64,000 nt of DNA, from positions 96,001-160,000 of the forward strand of contig CAWGKG010000005.1 of the NCBI GenBank assembly GCA_963823035.1. Direction: 5' to 3'. The notes beneath the pieces are model-generated. The model ran no database searches. It was given only the letters and a program-made list of their open reading frames with translations, and was not told the DNA's origin. The DNA is from an uncultured Gemmatimonadales bacterium. Its GTDB lineage: Bacteria > Gemmatimonadota > Gemmatimonadetes > Longimicrobiales > Gaopeijiaceae. Both the position numbers and the translations under genes were made by a program. Positions 35,370 to 46,309 of this stretch are shown one piece after another; position 1 is the first letter of the stretch, and each line of letters opens with the position of its first letter.

Positions 35370-38316
35370 TCAGTGTCGCGCCCCGTCCGCACTTCCCGGC
35401 GCGGCACGCGCACGGGCGAGCATCCGGTTGGCTCGCTGTGTGTCCTTGTCGGCGTCGCCCTTGGCCCCCAGAAGGGTCGAGTAGCTCGCCTGCAGGATCG
35501 GGGCGGCCTCGGCGAAGCGCCCCAACGCGACGAGGCAGCTTCCCAGCTCGAGGCGAGCGTAGGCGACCGAGACGCCCGACGGGTCCAGCTTCTTCTCGCG
35601 AATCGCCCGTGCCTCGCGCAACAACGGCTCCGCTTCGGCGCAGCGCCCGCGCGAGCTCATCATGCGACCCAGGCCCAGCAGGCCCACGGCAACCGTTGGA
35701 TGGTCGACGCCGAGCGTGCTTCGCCACGTCGTGAGCGCGCGCCGGAACATGGCTTCGGCCTGCTCGTAGTCGCCCCTTCGTGCGAGCAACTCGGCGAGGT
35801 TGTTGTAGCTCTGGCCCACGTCCGGGTGGTCGTCTCCGAGGGCCTTGCGGCGCTGCGTCAGCGCCTCGCGGAGCGCGCGCTCCGCGCCGTCGAGATCGCC
35901 TTGCTCGCGCCGAGCGGCACCCAGGTTGTTGAGGCCGGTGAGTACGCTCGGGTGCGTCTCGCCGAGCGTCTTGCGCCAGATCGCGAGCGCCCGCTCGAAG
36001 GCATCGGCAGCCGGACGCCACTCCCCCTGGAGATACAGCACGACCCCGAGGTTGTTGAGGCTCGCCGCCACTTCGGGATGATCGTCCCCCAACGTCTCCC
36101 GTCGGATCGCCAGCGCCTCTTCGTTCGCTTGCTCGGACTCTTCCAGCCGCCCCTCCGAGCGAAGGAGCAGGCTCAAGTTGTTCAGCGTGAGAGCGACGTG
36201 GGGGTGCCGGTCGCCGAGGAGCTTACGACGCATGGCCAGGCACTCGCGCAGCAGGGGCTCCGCCCGCTCGTACTCCCCCGCGTCCGTGAGGATCGTAGCG
36301 AGGTTGAGGAGGCTCACGGCCACCTCCGTGTGGTCGCCGCCGTAGATCTCCCGGCGCAGCGCGAGCGCTTCCTCGGCGAGCGGCTCCGCCTCCGCATACT
36401 TGCCCTGGCGCCAGAGCGCCACGCCGAGGTCGCTGAGACTGCCGGCGATGGCGTTGGGCGAGCCTCGCCTGCGGTTGATGGCCAGGCTCTCCCGGTACAG
36501 GCTGTCGGCCGCGGCGAGATCTCCCTCCGCGTCGAGGATCGCGGCCAGATTCGCCATGCTCACCGCCACGAGGGTGTCGCCAGCCCCCAGTTCCTCCAAC
36601 TGCACCCCCAGTACCGCGCGCGCCAGCTCCTCCGCCGGCGCGTACTCGCCCTGGTCGTAGAGCAGGGACGCCAGGTCTGCCGCGCTCTTTGCGGTCTCCA
36701 GGTCCCGGGGCCCGAGGAGTCTCTCCCGGGTCTCCTTCGCCTCCTCCAGCAACGGACGCGCCTGCTCGTACAGCCCGAGCTTCTGGTAGATCTTCCCGAG
36801 CACGTTGAGCATGTCGGCGCGCACCGCAGGCTCCGCTTCGAGTCCGCTCTCCAGCCGCTCCGTGCCCCTGTCCAGAAGCCCGCGGGCGGTGACGGTATCG
36901 CCCCTCGCCCGGTCGGGGTCCGAAGCCTCGAACAAGCCGACCACGAACTGGCTTACGCGGTCGGCGCGGAGCGCGTGACGCGACGCCGCCCGCGCCTGCC
37001 ACGTGGTTCCGATCAGGCCCGCGACCAGCGCCGCGACGGCCACCGTGCTGGCGGCCACCGCGACCCGATTCCGACGCGCGAAGCGGCCGAATCGGTAGAA
37101 GGCGCTGTCGCGCCGCGCGGTCACCGGTCGACGCGCGAGGTGGCGCCGCAGGTCCTCGGCCAGGGCCTCGGCGGAGCCGTAGCGCCTCTCCGGCTCCTGC
37201 CTGACGGCCGACAGCACGATGGCATCGAGATCGCCTGCGAGCCGCCGCCGCAACTGCTCCGGCGTCGTACCGCGGGCCGCCGCGATCTCGGCGGGCGTTC
37301 GGCTCCCCGCGTGCGCACCCTCGCCCCTCGGCGCGTTCGCCCGCGTCGCGGTGGTGCTGGGTGGCTCCGGGGTCGTCTCGGAGAGCACGCGCAGGACCTC
37401 TGCCAACGTCCGGTCCCGGAAGCGATTCGGCCGACGTCCGGAGAGCAGCTCGTACAGGACGGCGCCGAGCCCGTAGACATCGGTGGCCGTCGTGACCGGC
37501 TCGCCGCGCACCTGCTCGGGCGCGGCGTATTCCGGCGTCAGCATCTGAAAGCCGGTGACGGTAGGCGTCGGACCACCCATCTCGGTGTCCGGCTCCAGGA
37601 GCTTGGCGATGCCGAAGTCCAGCAGCTTCACCCGACCGTCGCGCGCCACGAGGATGTTGCTCGGCTTGAGGTCGCGGTGCACGACGAGGTTTCGATGCGC
37701 GTAGGCCACGGCCGCGCAGGCGTCCAGAAAGAGGCGAAGTCGCGCGTCGACGTCGAGCCCGTGCTCGTCGCAGTATTCGGTGATCGGCGTGCCGTCCACG
37801 TACTCCATCGCCAGGAACGGCCGCCCGTCCTCGGCCACGCCCCCATCGAGCAGACGCGCGATGTTGGGGTGCGTGAGGCGAGCCAGGATGCCCCGCTCGC
37901 GCAGGAACCGCTCCACGCAGATCGACCGAGCCGGAGGGGTCGCGAACGAGCTTGAGCGCCACCCGTTGCTCGAAATGCCCGTCGGCGCGCTCGGCGAGGT
38001 AGACGGCACCCATCCCCCCGCGCCCGAGCTCGCGCAGGACGCGGTACGCCCCGAGCCGCTCTCCGGTCCCGGCCGGCTGTCCGACTTCGCCCAGCGCCGC
38101 CACGACCCACGCCGGGTCGGGCGGATCGAGAAGCCCCTCCGCACGGTCGTGTGCCTCGAGGAGGGACTCCACCTCCGCCCGCACGCCGGGCCGGTCCCGG
38201 CACGCGTCATCGAGGTACGATGCGCGTTCCGCCCCGGGGCGCTCCACCGCCTCCGCGAACACCTCGGCGATCGCCTCGCGCATTTCGATCGGCGGGGGCT
38301 TCCGGCTGCCGCTCAC
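35370..38316 (-). CDS. Membrane Ser/Thr protein kinase with C-terminal TPR array; frameshift near 37925
   Basis: [34 protein letters not shown], a TM helix and many LNNL TPRs. Confidence 0.9.
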
Positions 38317-38894
38317 GCTTCGTGCTCCGCCATCTCTCGTTGCAGCCAGGCACGAGCCAACGCCCAGTCGCGTTTGACGGTTCGCGGGGCGATGCCGAGG
38401 ACCTCACAGGTCTCCTCGACGCTCAATCCCGCGAAGAAGCGACACTCCACCACGCGAACGGCGCGCGGGTAGATGTCGGCGAGCTCCCCCAGTGCCTCGT
38501 CCAGCTCGATCAGGTGTTCTTCGTCGGGCTCCGCGACGAGGTGTGCGGCCCTCAGCGACAGAGGGCGTACGCCTCCGCCGCGCTTGTCCCGCCGCCGCCG
38601 TCGTGCGTGATCCACCAGCACATGTCTCATGGCGCGGGCAGCGGCACCGAAGAAATAGCGACGCCCGTTCGCCATCACACGCGAACCATCCACCAGACGC
38701 AGGTACGCCTCGTGCACGAGGTCGGTGGTGGCCAGCGTGGCGTGTGCGTCCGCACGGGCCAACTGCCTGCGTGCCAGGACGCGAAACTCCTCGTAGACGA
38801 GCGGCAGCAGACGGTCCCACACGCCCTCGTCGTCGGCCTCTGCCGACACGAGCAGCGAGGTCACGGTCTCGCGGGCGGCGGCGGATTGTACCAT
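38313..38894 (-). CDS. ECF sigma factor of the STK-associated type (TIGR02999-like)
   Basis: LLPLVYEE, TLATTDLVHEAYLRL, AMRHVLVDHARRR, VECRFFAGL and RDWALARAWL. Confidence 0.9.
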   Translation of the reverse strand: MVQSAAARETVTSLLVSAEADDEGVWDRLLPLVYEEFRVLARRQLARADAHATLATTDLVHEAYLRLVDGSRVMANGRRYFFGAAARAMRHVLVDHARRRRRDKRGGGVRPLSLRAAHLVAEPDEEHLIELDEALGELADIYPRAVRVVECRFFAGLSVEETCEVLGIAPRTVKRDWALARAWLQREMAEHEA

Positions 38895-39134
38895 GACGAA
38901 CCGACTGGAGGGTCTGGCCTACCCGGCACAACCTACGGCGACCCTCGATGCATCGTCCATGGTGCCGGCGGAATCTCCTCCTCGTCGGGGCCCATCGGGT
39001 ACCCCCGCCCGACGTGGCTGCACGGATCTCGTGGCCCCTCTCGACGCGCAACGACGCACGGAAGGGCAGGAGGGTGCGCCCCACGCGCGCCGGCCCCATT
39101 CCGACGACATCCCCTACGAGGAGGAGCAGGTACG

Positions 39135-41258
39135 ATGAGGCGAGTCGACATCCGCCGGTCACGGCTGGCCTTGGTGGCCTCCGCAGCCTTCCTCCTGGTG
39201 GCCGGCTGCGGCGGCGAAAGCCCCACGAGTCCCGCGGGCCCGGGAACCCCGCCGGGACGGTGGGAACCCCGGCGACAGCGCCAGTACGGGCAATCCGCAG
39301 TCGCCCTACGAATGCGAGAGGAAGGGCTATCCCTGCTCGCTGTCCGGCGTGCCCATCGACATCCTCGAGCGCAGCGACGCGCTCGGAGACTCGGTCGTGA
39401 CCATGCTGGTGGACGGCACGTCCGCCGCCGACGCGGTGGCCTGGCTCCAGGCGCGGCCCGGGATGGCCGAGGTCCAATCGGACGACGGGGCCATCCGCTT
39501 CCGGCTCGACGGCGGTCGTGGCACGTGGATCATGCTGGAAGGCGACGAGGTCGACGGGGACGCGGCGGCTCCCGTCCGCGGTGATCCCGCGCCAGCCGGT
39601 ACCGAGCCGCGACAACAGCGTCGTCGGAGAGGGCCTCGACAAGAAGCGGGCGCTCGTGCTCTCCCCCTTCCTGTGGTCGTTCGGCGGGTACGACGAGGGA
39701 CCCGCGGTGCAGGCGATCCTGGAGAACACCCGCGGATACGGGGTCGGCGTCACGTTCAAGGGGAACGCCACGGCGATGGACCGCACGGTCGACGTGGCGA
39801 GCTTCAAGGGGTGGGGGGCGTACCAGGTGGTGCACGTCACGTCTCACGGGAAGCGGGTGTGCGACGGGGCCGGCTGCCGCGCCATGGTCGTCATCAACAC
39901 CGTCGAGGCGCTGGCCGCAGGCGGGACCCAGACCCCCGCCGAGGTGGCGCACGCGCTCGAGGAGGAGGGTCTCGACGTCAGCAAGTCGAAGCACAAGCCC
40001 GGCGCCACCTACATCGCCGCCACCGCTCTGTTCTTCCGCAAGACCTACCCCTCGGGGCTGGACAATACCGTCGTCGTCTTCAACGCGTGCCAGACCTTCG
40101 GCTCCGCGGCCACCGACCTCGTCGACGCGATCCAGGGTAACAGCAGCGTGGTCTTCGGGTGGGACGAGGCCGTGTACGCGAGTGAGGCGCAGGCCGCGGC
40201 CATCGCGCTCTTCACCGAGCTGTCGGAGGGCGGGTACCGAGCCGAGATCGCCTACGATCGGCTGGAAGACCTGAAGACCGGCAGCGCCACCTCGTATGGG
40301 CCGGCGCCCACGCTGATCCTCGGGAAGCGCCCCACGGGTGGGGACCTCCGCATCCGGGACATCGTCACGCTGCTGGATCCGGCGACGGAGCAGGAGCTCA
40401 CGGCATCGAGCGTCGTCCCGATCGACGGGACGAAGGACGACGGTGAGCCGGACGGGGCGCCGTGGCTCGTCCGCGTCGACGGCATGAAGCCGGAGGAAGC
40501 GGAGAAGGCGTCGCTCCACGTCACCATCGACGGCGTGGACGCGGAGCCCGTCCTGGTCTCGAGCGGCACGGCCAACGACGACGACCAGTGGACGGTCGGC
40601 GGCACCCTGCCGCTCGGCTACGATCTGGAGGACACCAAGACGGCGACCTTCCAGGCGTGGGTGGAGCTGCCGGACGGCGGCAAGACCGACCACGAGGTCG
40701 CGGCGACGCTCAGCGGGGACGAGCCGCTCATGGGCACGACGTGGGAGTTCGACGCGACGCACACGACGAGCTACACCGGGATTCCGAACACGCCCTACAC
40801 GTCCACCACGCACCTGATCCTGACGTTCGAGCCAGGCCAGGATCCGAGCGAGCCCAACCCGCGCTACGTCGTCACCGGCGGTACCGTGACGTTCAACTGG
40901 ACCCATACCCTGGGCGAGTGCTCGTATGTCGCGCCCTCCATCACGTTCGACGTCACGGACGAGATCGCCAACAACTCCGTGCTCATCTTCGACACCACGA
41001 AGGACCCCGTCACGTATCGGGGCTTCATGAGCACGGTCGGTCCGGACGGTCGAGGTGGCGGAGACCTGCGGGATCGACGGCGAGACCCACACGCGGAGTC
41101 AGCGGGCGACGAACACGTGGATGTACGTCGAACCCGGAGGCGAACAGTCGGTCTCGGCGGACAATCGCAGCATCACGGGCACGTACCGCCGCGAGCAGGT
41201 GTTCACGGGCCAGACGTTCATCCAGGACTCGAAGTACACGATCAACCGGATCCGCTAG
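39135..41258 (+). CDS. Hypothetical large lipoprotein; frameshifted
   Basis: RBS, lipobox LVAGC and continuous high-GC codon usage across frame switches near 39270, 39570 and 41050. Confidence 0.6.
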
Positions 41259-41368
41259 GCGTCGGTGCCCCGACCGAGGCCATGCGACGCGTCCGTCACG
41301 TGGACCGGGGCCCGGCCGTCGGTGTATCTTTGGACGAGGTGGATGTTTGACAGAACCATCCCTTCACC

Positions 41369-41720
41369 GGGGGCGTCACGGTTTCGACGTGTTTGGTGAA
41401 CGTGGAGGAGCGTGCCGAGGCCCCGACACCTCGTAAAACCTCGGGAAACCTTTCAATTGCCAACACCAACATGGCGATGGCCGCGTAAGCTTCTTACGTA
41501 GCCCGTTTCACGGATTGCCCGCCCAGGGCGGCCCGCTGAAACGTCGATAATCTGGGCTGGTCCCCCGGCAGTGCCGCCGGGTCGGGGGCGAGATCAAAGG
41601 TGGCTGGCTGAGGAATCGGTTGATCACTGGCCGCCCGCAGCGAGACCCATCAGGGATCTACGCACGTAGTGCCTCTGCAGGACCCATGCGCGGACGCGGG
41701 TTCGACTCCCGCCGCCTCCA
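41369..41720 (+). ncRNA. ssrA: tmRNA (transfer-messenger RNA), tag peptide ANTNMAMAA at 41459-41488
   Basis: 5' GGGGGCGTCACGGTTTCGAC, resume codon GCC after TTTCAATT, tag ending AA-TAA, and 3' GACGCGGGTTCGACTCCCGCCGCCTCCA with an acceptor stem pairing to the 5' end. Confidence 0.95.
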
Positions 41721-41723
41721 CTC

Positions 41724-41757
41724 GGCCCTACCGGGCAGTTCCCGGTAGGGCCTTTTT
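41724..41757 (+). terminator. Intrinsic terminator after ssrA (repeated in the downstream units)
   Basis: GGCCCTACCGGG-CAGTT-CCCGGTAGGGCC perfect 12-bp stem followed by TTTTT. Confidence 0.85.
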
Positions 41758-42158
41758 GTTTCGAGCCCGAGTGGGGCGGCGGGAGGCGAACCCGCCGGGA
41801 TTCGCGAAGCGAAGACCGAGAGCGGGTTTGGTGCCGATGGAGCAAGGACGCTCTCGCAAGACCTTCCCGCCGACCGACGAGGCAACGCCGCGGCGGCGCA
41901 GCCGCCGTGGCGGTACTCCCGCCGCCTCCACTCGGCCCTACCGGGCAGTCCCGGTAGGGCCTTTATGCTTGTGCCGAGTGGGGGCGGCGGGAGGCGAACC
42001 CGCCGGGATTCGCGAAGCGAAGACCGACAGCGGGGGTGGTGCCGATGGAGCAAAGACGCACTCGCCAAGATCTTCGCGCCGACCGAGGAGGCAACGCCGC
42101 GGCGGCGCAGCCGCCGTGGCGGTACTCCCGCCGCCTCCATCAAACAGGTCTGACCACC

Positions 42159-42329
42159 ATCTCGGCTGGTCCCCCGGCAGAGCACCCGGGTTGGGGGCGA
42201 GGTCAACGGTGGCGGGCTGAGGACGCGGTTGATCAATGGCCGCTCGCAGCGAGACCCTTCAGCGATCTACGCACGTAGTGCCTCTGCAGGATCCATGCGC
42301 GGACGCGGGTTCGACTCCCGCCGCCTCCA
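42159..42329 (+). pseudogene. Diverged duplicate of the tmRNA 3' half
   Basis: Colinear with 41550-41720, with about 14 substitutions by manual count over the 166 bp from 42164 and no indels. Confidence 0.92.
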
Positions 42330-42691
42330 CTCGGCCCTACCGGGCAGTTCCCGGTAGGGCCTTCTTGTTTCCCCGAGTGGAGGCGGCGGGAGGCGAACCC
42401 GCCGGGACTCGCGAAGCGAGGACCGAGCGCGGGTTTGGTGCCGATGGAGCAAGGGTGCTCTCGCCAGACCTTCCCGCCGACCGACGAGGCAACGCCGCGG
42501 CGGCGCAGCCGCCGTGGCGGTACTCCCGCCGCCTCCATTAGGCCCTCGGAGCTCCCAAGCTCCGGGAGTTTCTTCTTGCCTCCCGTTTCGAGACTCCGCG
42601 GCGGGAGGCGAACCCGCCGGGACTCGCGAAGCGAGGACCGAGCGCGGGGGTGTGCCGACGGAGCACACCCGTCCCCGTGGAATCCTGCCGC

Positions 42692-42906
42692 CAGTCACGA
42701 CCGCCTGGCCTTGACGACTGATACCGCGCGCGCCTCCCCGCCCATCCTCCCATCCCGATGACCCAACCGGGCCATCCCCTCCCACCAGCACCCTTCCCTT
42801 TCCCCTTCCTCCACCTCCTCCCCCACGCGGCGCAGCACCTTGCTCCTCGCCACGCCCCTCCCTGACCGTGTCTCCCGGTCCCTTCGTGCGGTTGGATTTC
42901 CTGTCC
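42692..42906 (+). mobile_element. 3'-terminal remnant (last codons, 3' UTR, oriIS-like end) of an ISCR/IS91-type element
   Basis: Encodes QSRPPGLDD-TGA (compare transposase end DQSLPADFDD-TGA), then a C-rich UTR, then GCGGTTGGATTTCCTGTCC at 42888-42906. Confidence 0.65.
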
Positions 42907-42992
42907 TTAGAGGATCCCACGCCGTTTGCCGAGTCTGGATGCGCCCCGTACCCTGGGAGGGTCCGTCGAGTCGCACGCAGATAAGGTGTTTC

Positions 42993-44711
42993 ATGTACCA
43001 CCGCCGCCCTCCCCCGCTCCACGTGTCGGGAAGCCTTGCGCTCCTGGCGTTCCTGGGCTTCGTCCCGGGCGCGACACAGACGCCGGGAGCCGGCGGCGCG
43101 GCTCCCGGCGCCGTGGCCCCTGACACCCTCCCCTTTCCCGAAAAGAGCATCGCCATCTACGTGGGCCGGAACCTCACGGCCGACGGCTCGGTGCTCCTGG
43201 GCGGCTTCGGCCACGAGCCTTCGAGCCACTGGTACGAAGTCACCCCCGCCAGGCACTTCGCCCCGGGCACCCGCATCGAGGTGGGCATCACCCAGGACGC
43301 CCGCGTTCCCGGGCGGCGCATGATGGTCCCCCAGGTGACGGAGACCGCGCGCTTCCTCACCACCAACTACTCCGAGTTCGCCGGCTTCCCGCCGCCCCTC
43401 ACCAACGGGGGACTCAACGAGTACGGCGTGGCGGCCCGGGACGTCTGGTCGCCTTCCCGCCAGGAACTGCGGGACATGACGCCGGTGCCGCAGACTGGGC
43501 TGAGCTACAGCGACCTGTCGCGCATGGTCATGGAGCGGGCCACCAGCGCCCGCGATGCCGTGGAGATCGTCGCGGACCTCATCGAGCGGTACGGGTACGC
43601 CACCTACGGCGGCAACTCCCACCTGTTCGCCGACTCCACCGAGGGGTGGGTGCTCATCGACTACGCAGGAGGCCAGGGGCTGTGGGCCGCGGAACGCCTC
43701 GGATCCGACGAGGTGCGGGTGCTCTACCCAGGCCACATCGGCGACTTCCCGGTGGACTTCGAGAACGACCCCGATCACATGGCGTCGGCCAACCTGGTGG
43801 ACTTCGCCGTGGAGCACGGATGGTGGGACCCGGACTCCGGCGAGCCCTTCAACCTCCACGAGGTCTACGGCCAGACGTTCCCCAGCGACCCGTCCCGGGA
43901 GGATCCCCACAACCTGTTCCGGTACCCGCCCCTCCTCCAGCGCCAGATCCGGGACATGGCGCCGGTACGGGTCCAGGACATGATGGCGCTGGTCCGGGAT
44001 CCGCGCTGGTCCAACGACGGCTCGGGGTATGGCCAGGTGGCCCATCTGCGCGCCGGCGCCCCCGGAGAGATGGGCGTGCTGTGGATGTCCATCACCGGCG
44101 CCGTGGCCAGTCCCTTCGTCCCCCTCCGGGTGGGCGTGGACGACGTCCCGCCGGAATACAAACAGCACCGGTACATGACCAAGGCCGCCGACTGGGCGTT
44201 CCTGGATACCCGGTACGCGCCCCTGGAGGCGACGCGCTCGGCGTTCCGCGTCCACAAGCGGCTCCTCTACCACATGTGCGCGCACCCCGAGGCGTTCCTG
44301 GACCCGGTGACGGCCACGCTGGAGGCGTTCGAGTCCCGGGAACTGGACGAACAGTCCGACCTGGAGCGGCGGGCGACGGCGCTGTACGCCGCCGGAGCGG
44401 CGGACTCGGCCCGGGCGCTCATCACCGCGTACAGCACAGACCGACTTCTGGCCGGACTGGCCCTGGGCGAGTCCCTGGTGGAGCAGGTGGAGCGGGCCAC
44501 CGTGGCGCGCTTCGGCGTACCCATGCCCGGCGTGGACGTCCCCGAGGGGGCATCGTGGCGTCCGGAGAGCGCGGAGATGATCCAGCGCCCCGGACAGACC
44601 TACCACCGCTGCCTCATGGAGGAGCGCGCCGACGAGTACCCCAGGCGCCATGGCGTCTACAGGTCCCTGGCCTCGGACACTCTGGTGTCCCGGGTCCTGG
44701 GGAATCGCTGA
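42993..44711 (+). CDS. Secreted C69-family (Ntn-hydrolase) dipeptidase-like protein
   Basis: Signal peptide, SIAIYVGRNLTADGSVLLG, GGLNEYGVA, ERATSARDAV...G.LIE.YGY and AD..EGW. Confidence 0.7.
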   Translation: MYHRRPPPLHVSGSLALLAFLGFVPGATQTPGAGGAAPGAVAPDTLPFPEKSIAIYVGRNLTADGSVLLGGFGHEPSSHWYEVTPARHFAPGTRIEVGITQDARVPGRRMMVPQVTETARFLTTNYSEFAGFPPPLTNGGLNEYGVAARDVWSPSRQELRDMTPVPQTGLSYSDLSRMVMERATSARDAVEIVADLIERYGYATYGGNSHLFADSTEGWVLIDYAGGQGLWAAERLGSDEVRVLYPGHIGDFPVDFENDPDHMASANLVDFAVEHGWWDPDSGEPFNLHEVYGQTFPSDPSREDPHNLFRYPPLLQRQIRDMAPVRVQDMMALVRDPRWSNDGSGYGQVAHLRAGAPGEMGVLWMSITGAVASPFVPLRVGVDDVPPEYKQHRYMTKAADWAFLDTRYAPLEATRSAFRVHKRLLYHMCAHPEAFLDPVTATLEAFESRELDEQSDLERRATALYAAGAADSARALITAYSTDRLLAGLALGESLVEQVERATVARFGVPMPGVDVPEGASWRPESAEMIQRPGQTYHRCLMEERADEYPRRHGVYRSLASDTLVSRVLGNR

Positions 44712-44714
44712 GGC

Positions 44715-46265
44715 GTGCCTGGCCAAGCAAGGTCGCTGAAGATCCACCCGCCGGTCTTCTTCATCTCCGGCGCGCTGCTCCTGGTGTTCCTGGGGATCGG
44801 CGTCTTCTTCACCGAAGCGGCAGCGGACTTCTTCCCCCACCTCCTGGAGGCCGTCTCCACCTGGTTCGGTTGGTTCTACGTCCTCAGCATCGCCGGCTTC
44901 ATCGGGGTCGCGGTCTGGCTCCTCCTCAGCCCCTACGCAGGCATCCGCCTGGGCGCCGACGACGAGAGGCCCGCGTTCTCCCGGTTGAGCTGGTTCGCCA
45001 TGCTCTTCAGCGCCGGCATGGGCATCGGCCTGGTGTTCTATGGAGTGGCCGAGCCCATGATGCACTACGCTTCTCTGCCGGGCGTCGAGCCGCGCAGCGC
45101 CGAGGCGGCGGCGCGGGCCGTGCCGGTCACGCTGTTCCACTGGGGCATCCACGCCTGGTCCACGTACCTGCTGCTGGGCCTGGCCATCGCCTACTTCTCG
45201 TTCCGGAAGGGGCTGCCCCTGTCCATCCGGTCGTGCCTCCATCCCCTCCTGGGCGACCGCATCCACGGACCCATCGGGCACGCCGTGGACATCCTGGCGG
45301 TCTTCGGCACGCTGTTCGGGCTCGCCACCTCCCTGGGGCTGGGCGCCATGCAGATCAGCGCCGGCCTGGAGTACGTGTTCGGTGTGAGCCGGGGCCTGGA
45401 GACGCAGCTGACCCTCATCGCCGTCATCACCGTCATCGCCACGCTGTCGCTGGTCAGCGGGGTGGATCGCGGCATCCGCCGTCTCAGTGAACTGAACCTG
45501 CTCCTGGCCGCGGCGCTCCTCCTGTTCGTGTTCCTGGCGGGCCCCACCGCGCACCTGGCGGCGTCGTTGTTCGGCAATGTCGCGGGATACGCGCGCCAGT
45601 TGGTGGTGCGCTCGTTCGCCCTGGGTCTCCTCAGGGGCGACGCCGCCGAATGGTCCCGGTCGTGGACCATCTTCTACTGGGGATGGTGGATCGCGTGGGC
45701 GCCCTTCGTGGGAATGTTCGTGGCCCGCATCTCACGGGGACGGACCATCCGGGAGTTCATCCTCGGCGTCATGCTGGTGCCGCCGGCGGTGGCCGTGGTG
45801 TGGTTCACCGTCTTCGGCGACACGGCCCTGACCCTCGAGGCGGCCGGGGGCGGCATCTCCCAGGCCGTTTCCCAGGACCTGGCCACGGCCATCTACGTGG
45901 TGCTGGACAAGCTCCCGTTCGCGGCGGTGTCCTCGACTCTGGCCGCCGCCGTCGTATCGGTGTTCTTCATCACCTCAAGCGACTCGGCCTCCTTCGTGGT
46001 GGACATGCTCACGTCGGGCGGTCACCCCAATCCGCCCCGGTGGCAGCGCGTCTTCTGGGCTCTGGCCGAGGGCGCGTGCGCCGCGGTGCTTCTCTACGCC
46101 GGCGGCCGGCGCGCCCTGACGGCGCTGCAGGCCGTGGTGGTGAGCATCGGACTTCCCTTCTGCGTGGTCATCGGCGTCGTGGCCGCCAACCTCGTGGTGG
46201 GGCTCCGGCGGGAACGCCGGAGCCCCGCCGGCGGAGGGGACGTGCCGGACCCGACGGTAGCGTAG
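44715..46265 (+). CDS. BCCT-family (betaine/choline/carnitine) transporter
   Basis: SWFAMLFSAGMGIGL, FHWGIHAW, WTIFYWGWWIAWAPFVGMFVARISRGRT and FFITSSDS. Confidence 0.95.
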   Translation: MPGQARSLKIHPPVFFISGALLLVFLGIGVFFTEAAADFFPHLLEAVSTWFGWFYVLSIAGFIGVAVWLLLSPYAGIRLGADDERPAFSRLSWFAMLFSAGMGIGLVFYGVAEPMMHYASLPGVEPRSAEAAARAVPVTLFHWGIHAWSTYLLLGLAIAYFSFRKGLPLSIRSCLHPLLGDRIHGPIGHAVDILAVFGTLFGLATSLGLGAMQISAGLEYVFGVSRGLETQLTLIAVITVIATLSLVSGVDRGIRRLSELNLLLAAALLLFVFLAGPTAHLAASLFGNVAGYARQLVVRSFALGLLRGDAAEWSRSWTIFYWGWWIAWAPFVGMFVARISRGRTIREFILGVMLVPPAVAVVWFTVFGDTALTLEAAGGGISQAVSQDLATAIYVVLDKLPFAAVSSTLAAAVVSVFFITSSDSASFVVDMLTSGGHPNPPRWQRVFWALAEGACAAVLLYAGGRRALTALQAVVVSIGLPFCVVIGVVAANLVVGLRRERRSPAGGGDVPDPTVA

Positions 46266-46309
46266 GTTGGACGGCGCCCCACCTCCAGGACCCACCCACG
46301 GAGTGATCC

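Larger units (their letters stand above)
41705..42690 (+). repeat. Tandem array of ~210-bp tmRNA-linked palindromic units delimited by ACTCCCGCCGCCTCCA
   Basis: Core at 41705, 41915, 42124, 42314 and 42522. Unit spacings are 210, 209 and 208 bp, and a partial variant unit runs to ~42690. Confidence 0.93.

Noticed and set aside
42159..42329. Two-piece (permuted) tmRNA or second functional tmRNA
   Set aside because: No 5' acceptor strand or tag frame follows or precedes it, and the one-piece gene at 41369 is complete.
41705..42537. CRISPR array
   Set aside because: The intervening sequences are ~190 bp and homologous to each other rather than unique spacers. The repeat is the tmRNA end, and there are no cas genes.
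41624..42761. Short ORFs over the repeat array (e.g. MEAAGVPPRR...)
   Set aside because: They are translations of palindromic non-coding repeats and antisense tmRNA, with no RBS or codon-bias support.
42267..45554. Long antisense/alternative-frame ORFs here and throughout (e.g. 1095 aa, 1320 aa, 1009 aa)
   Set aside because: They are shadow ORFs caused by stop-codon scarcity in high-GC DNA opposite well-supported genes.
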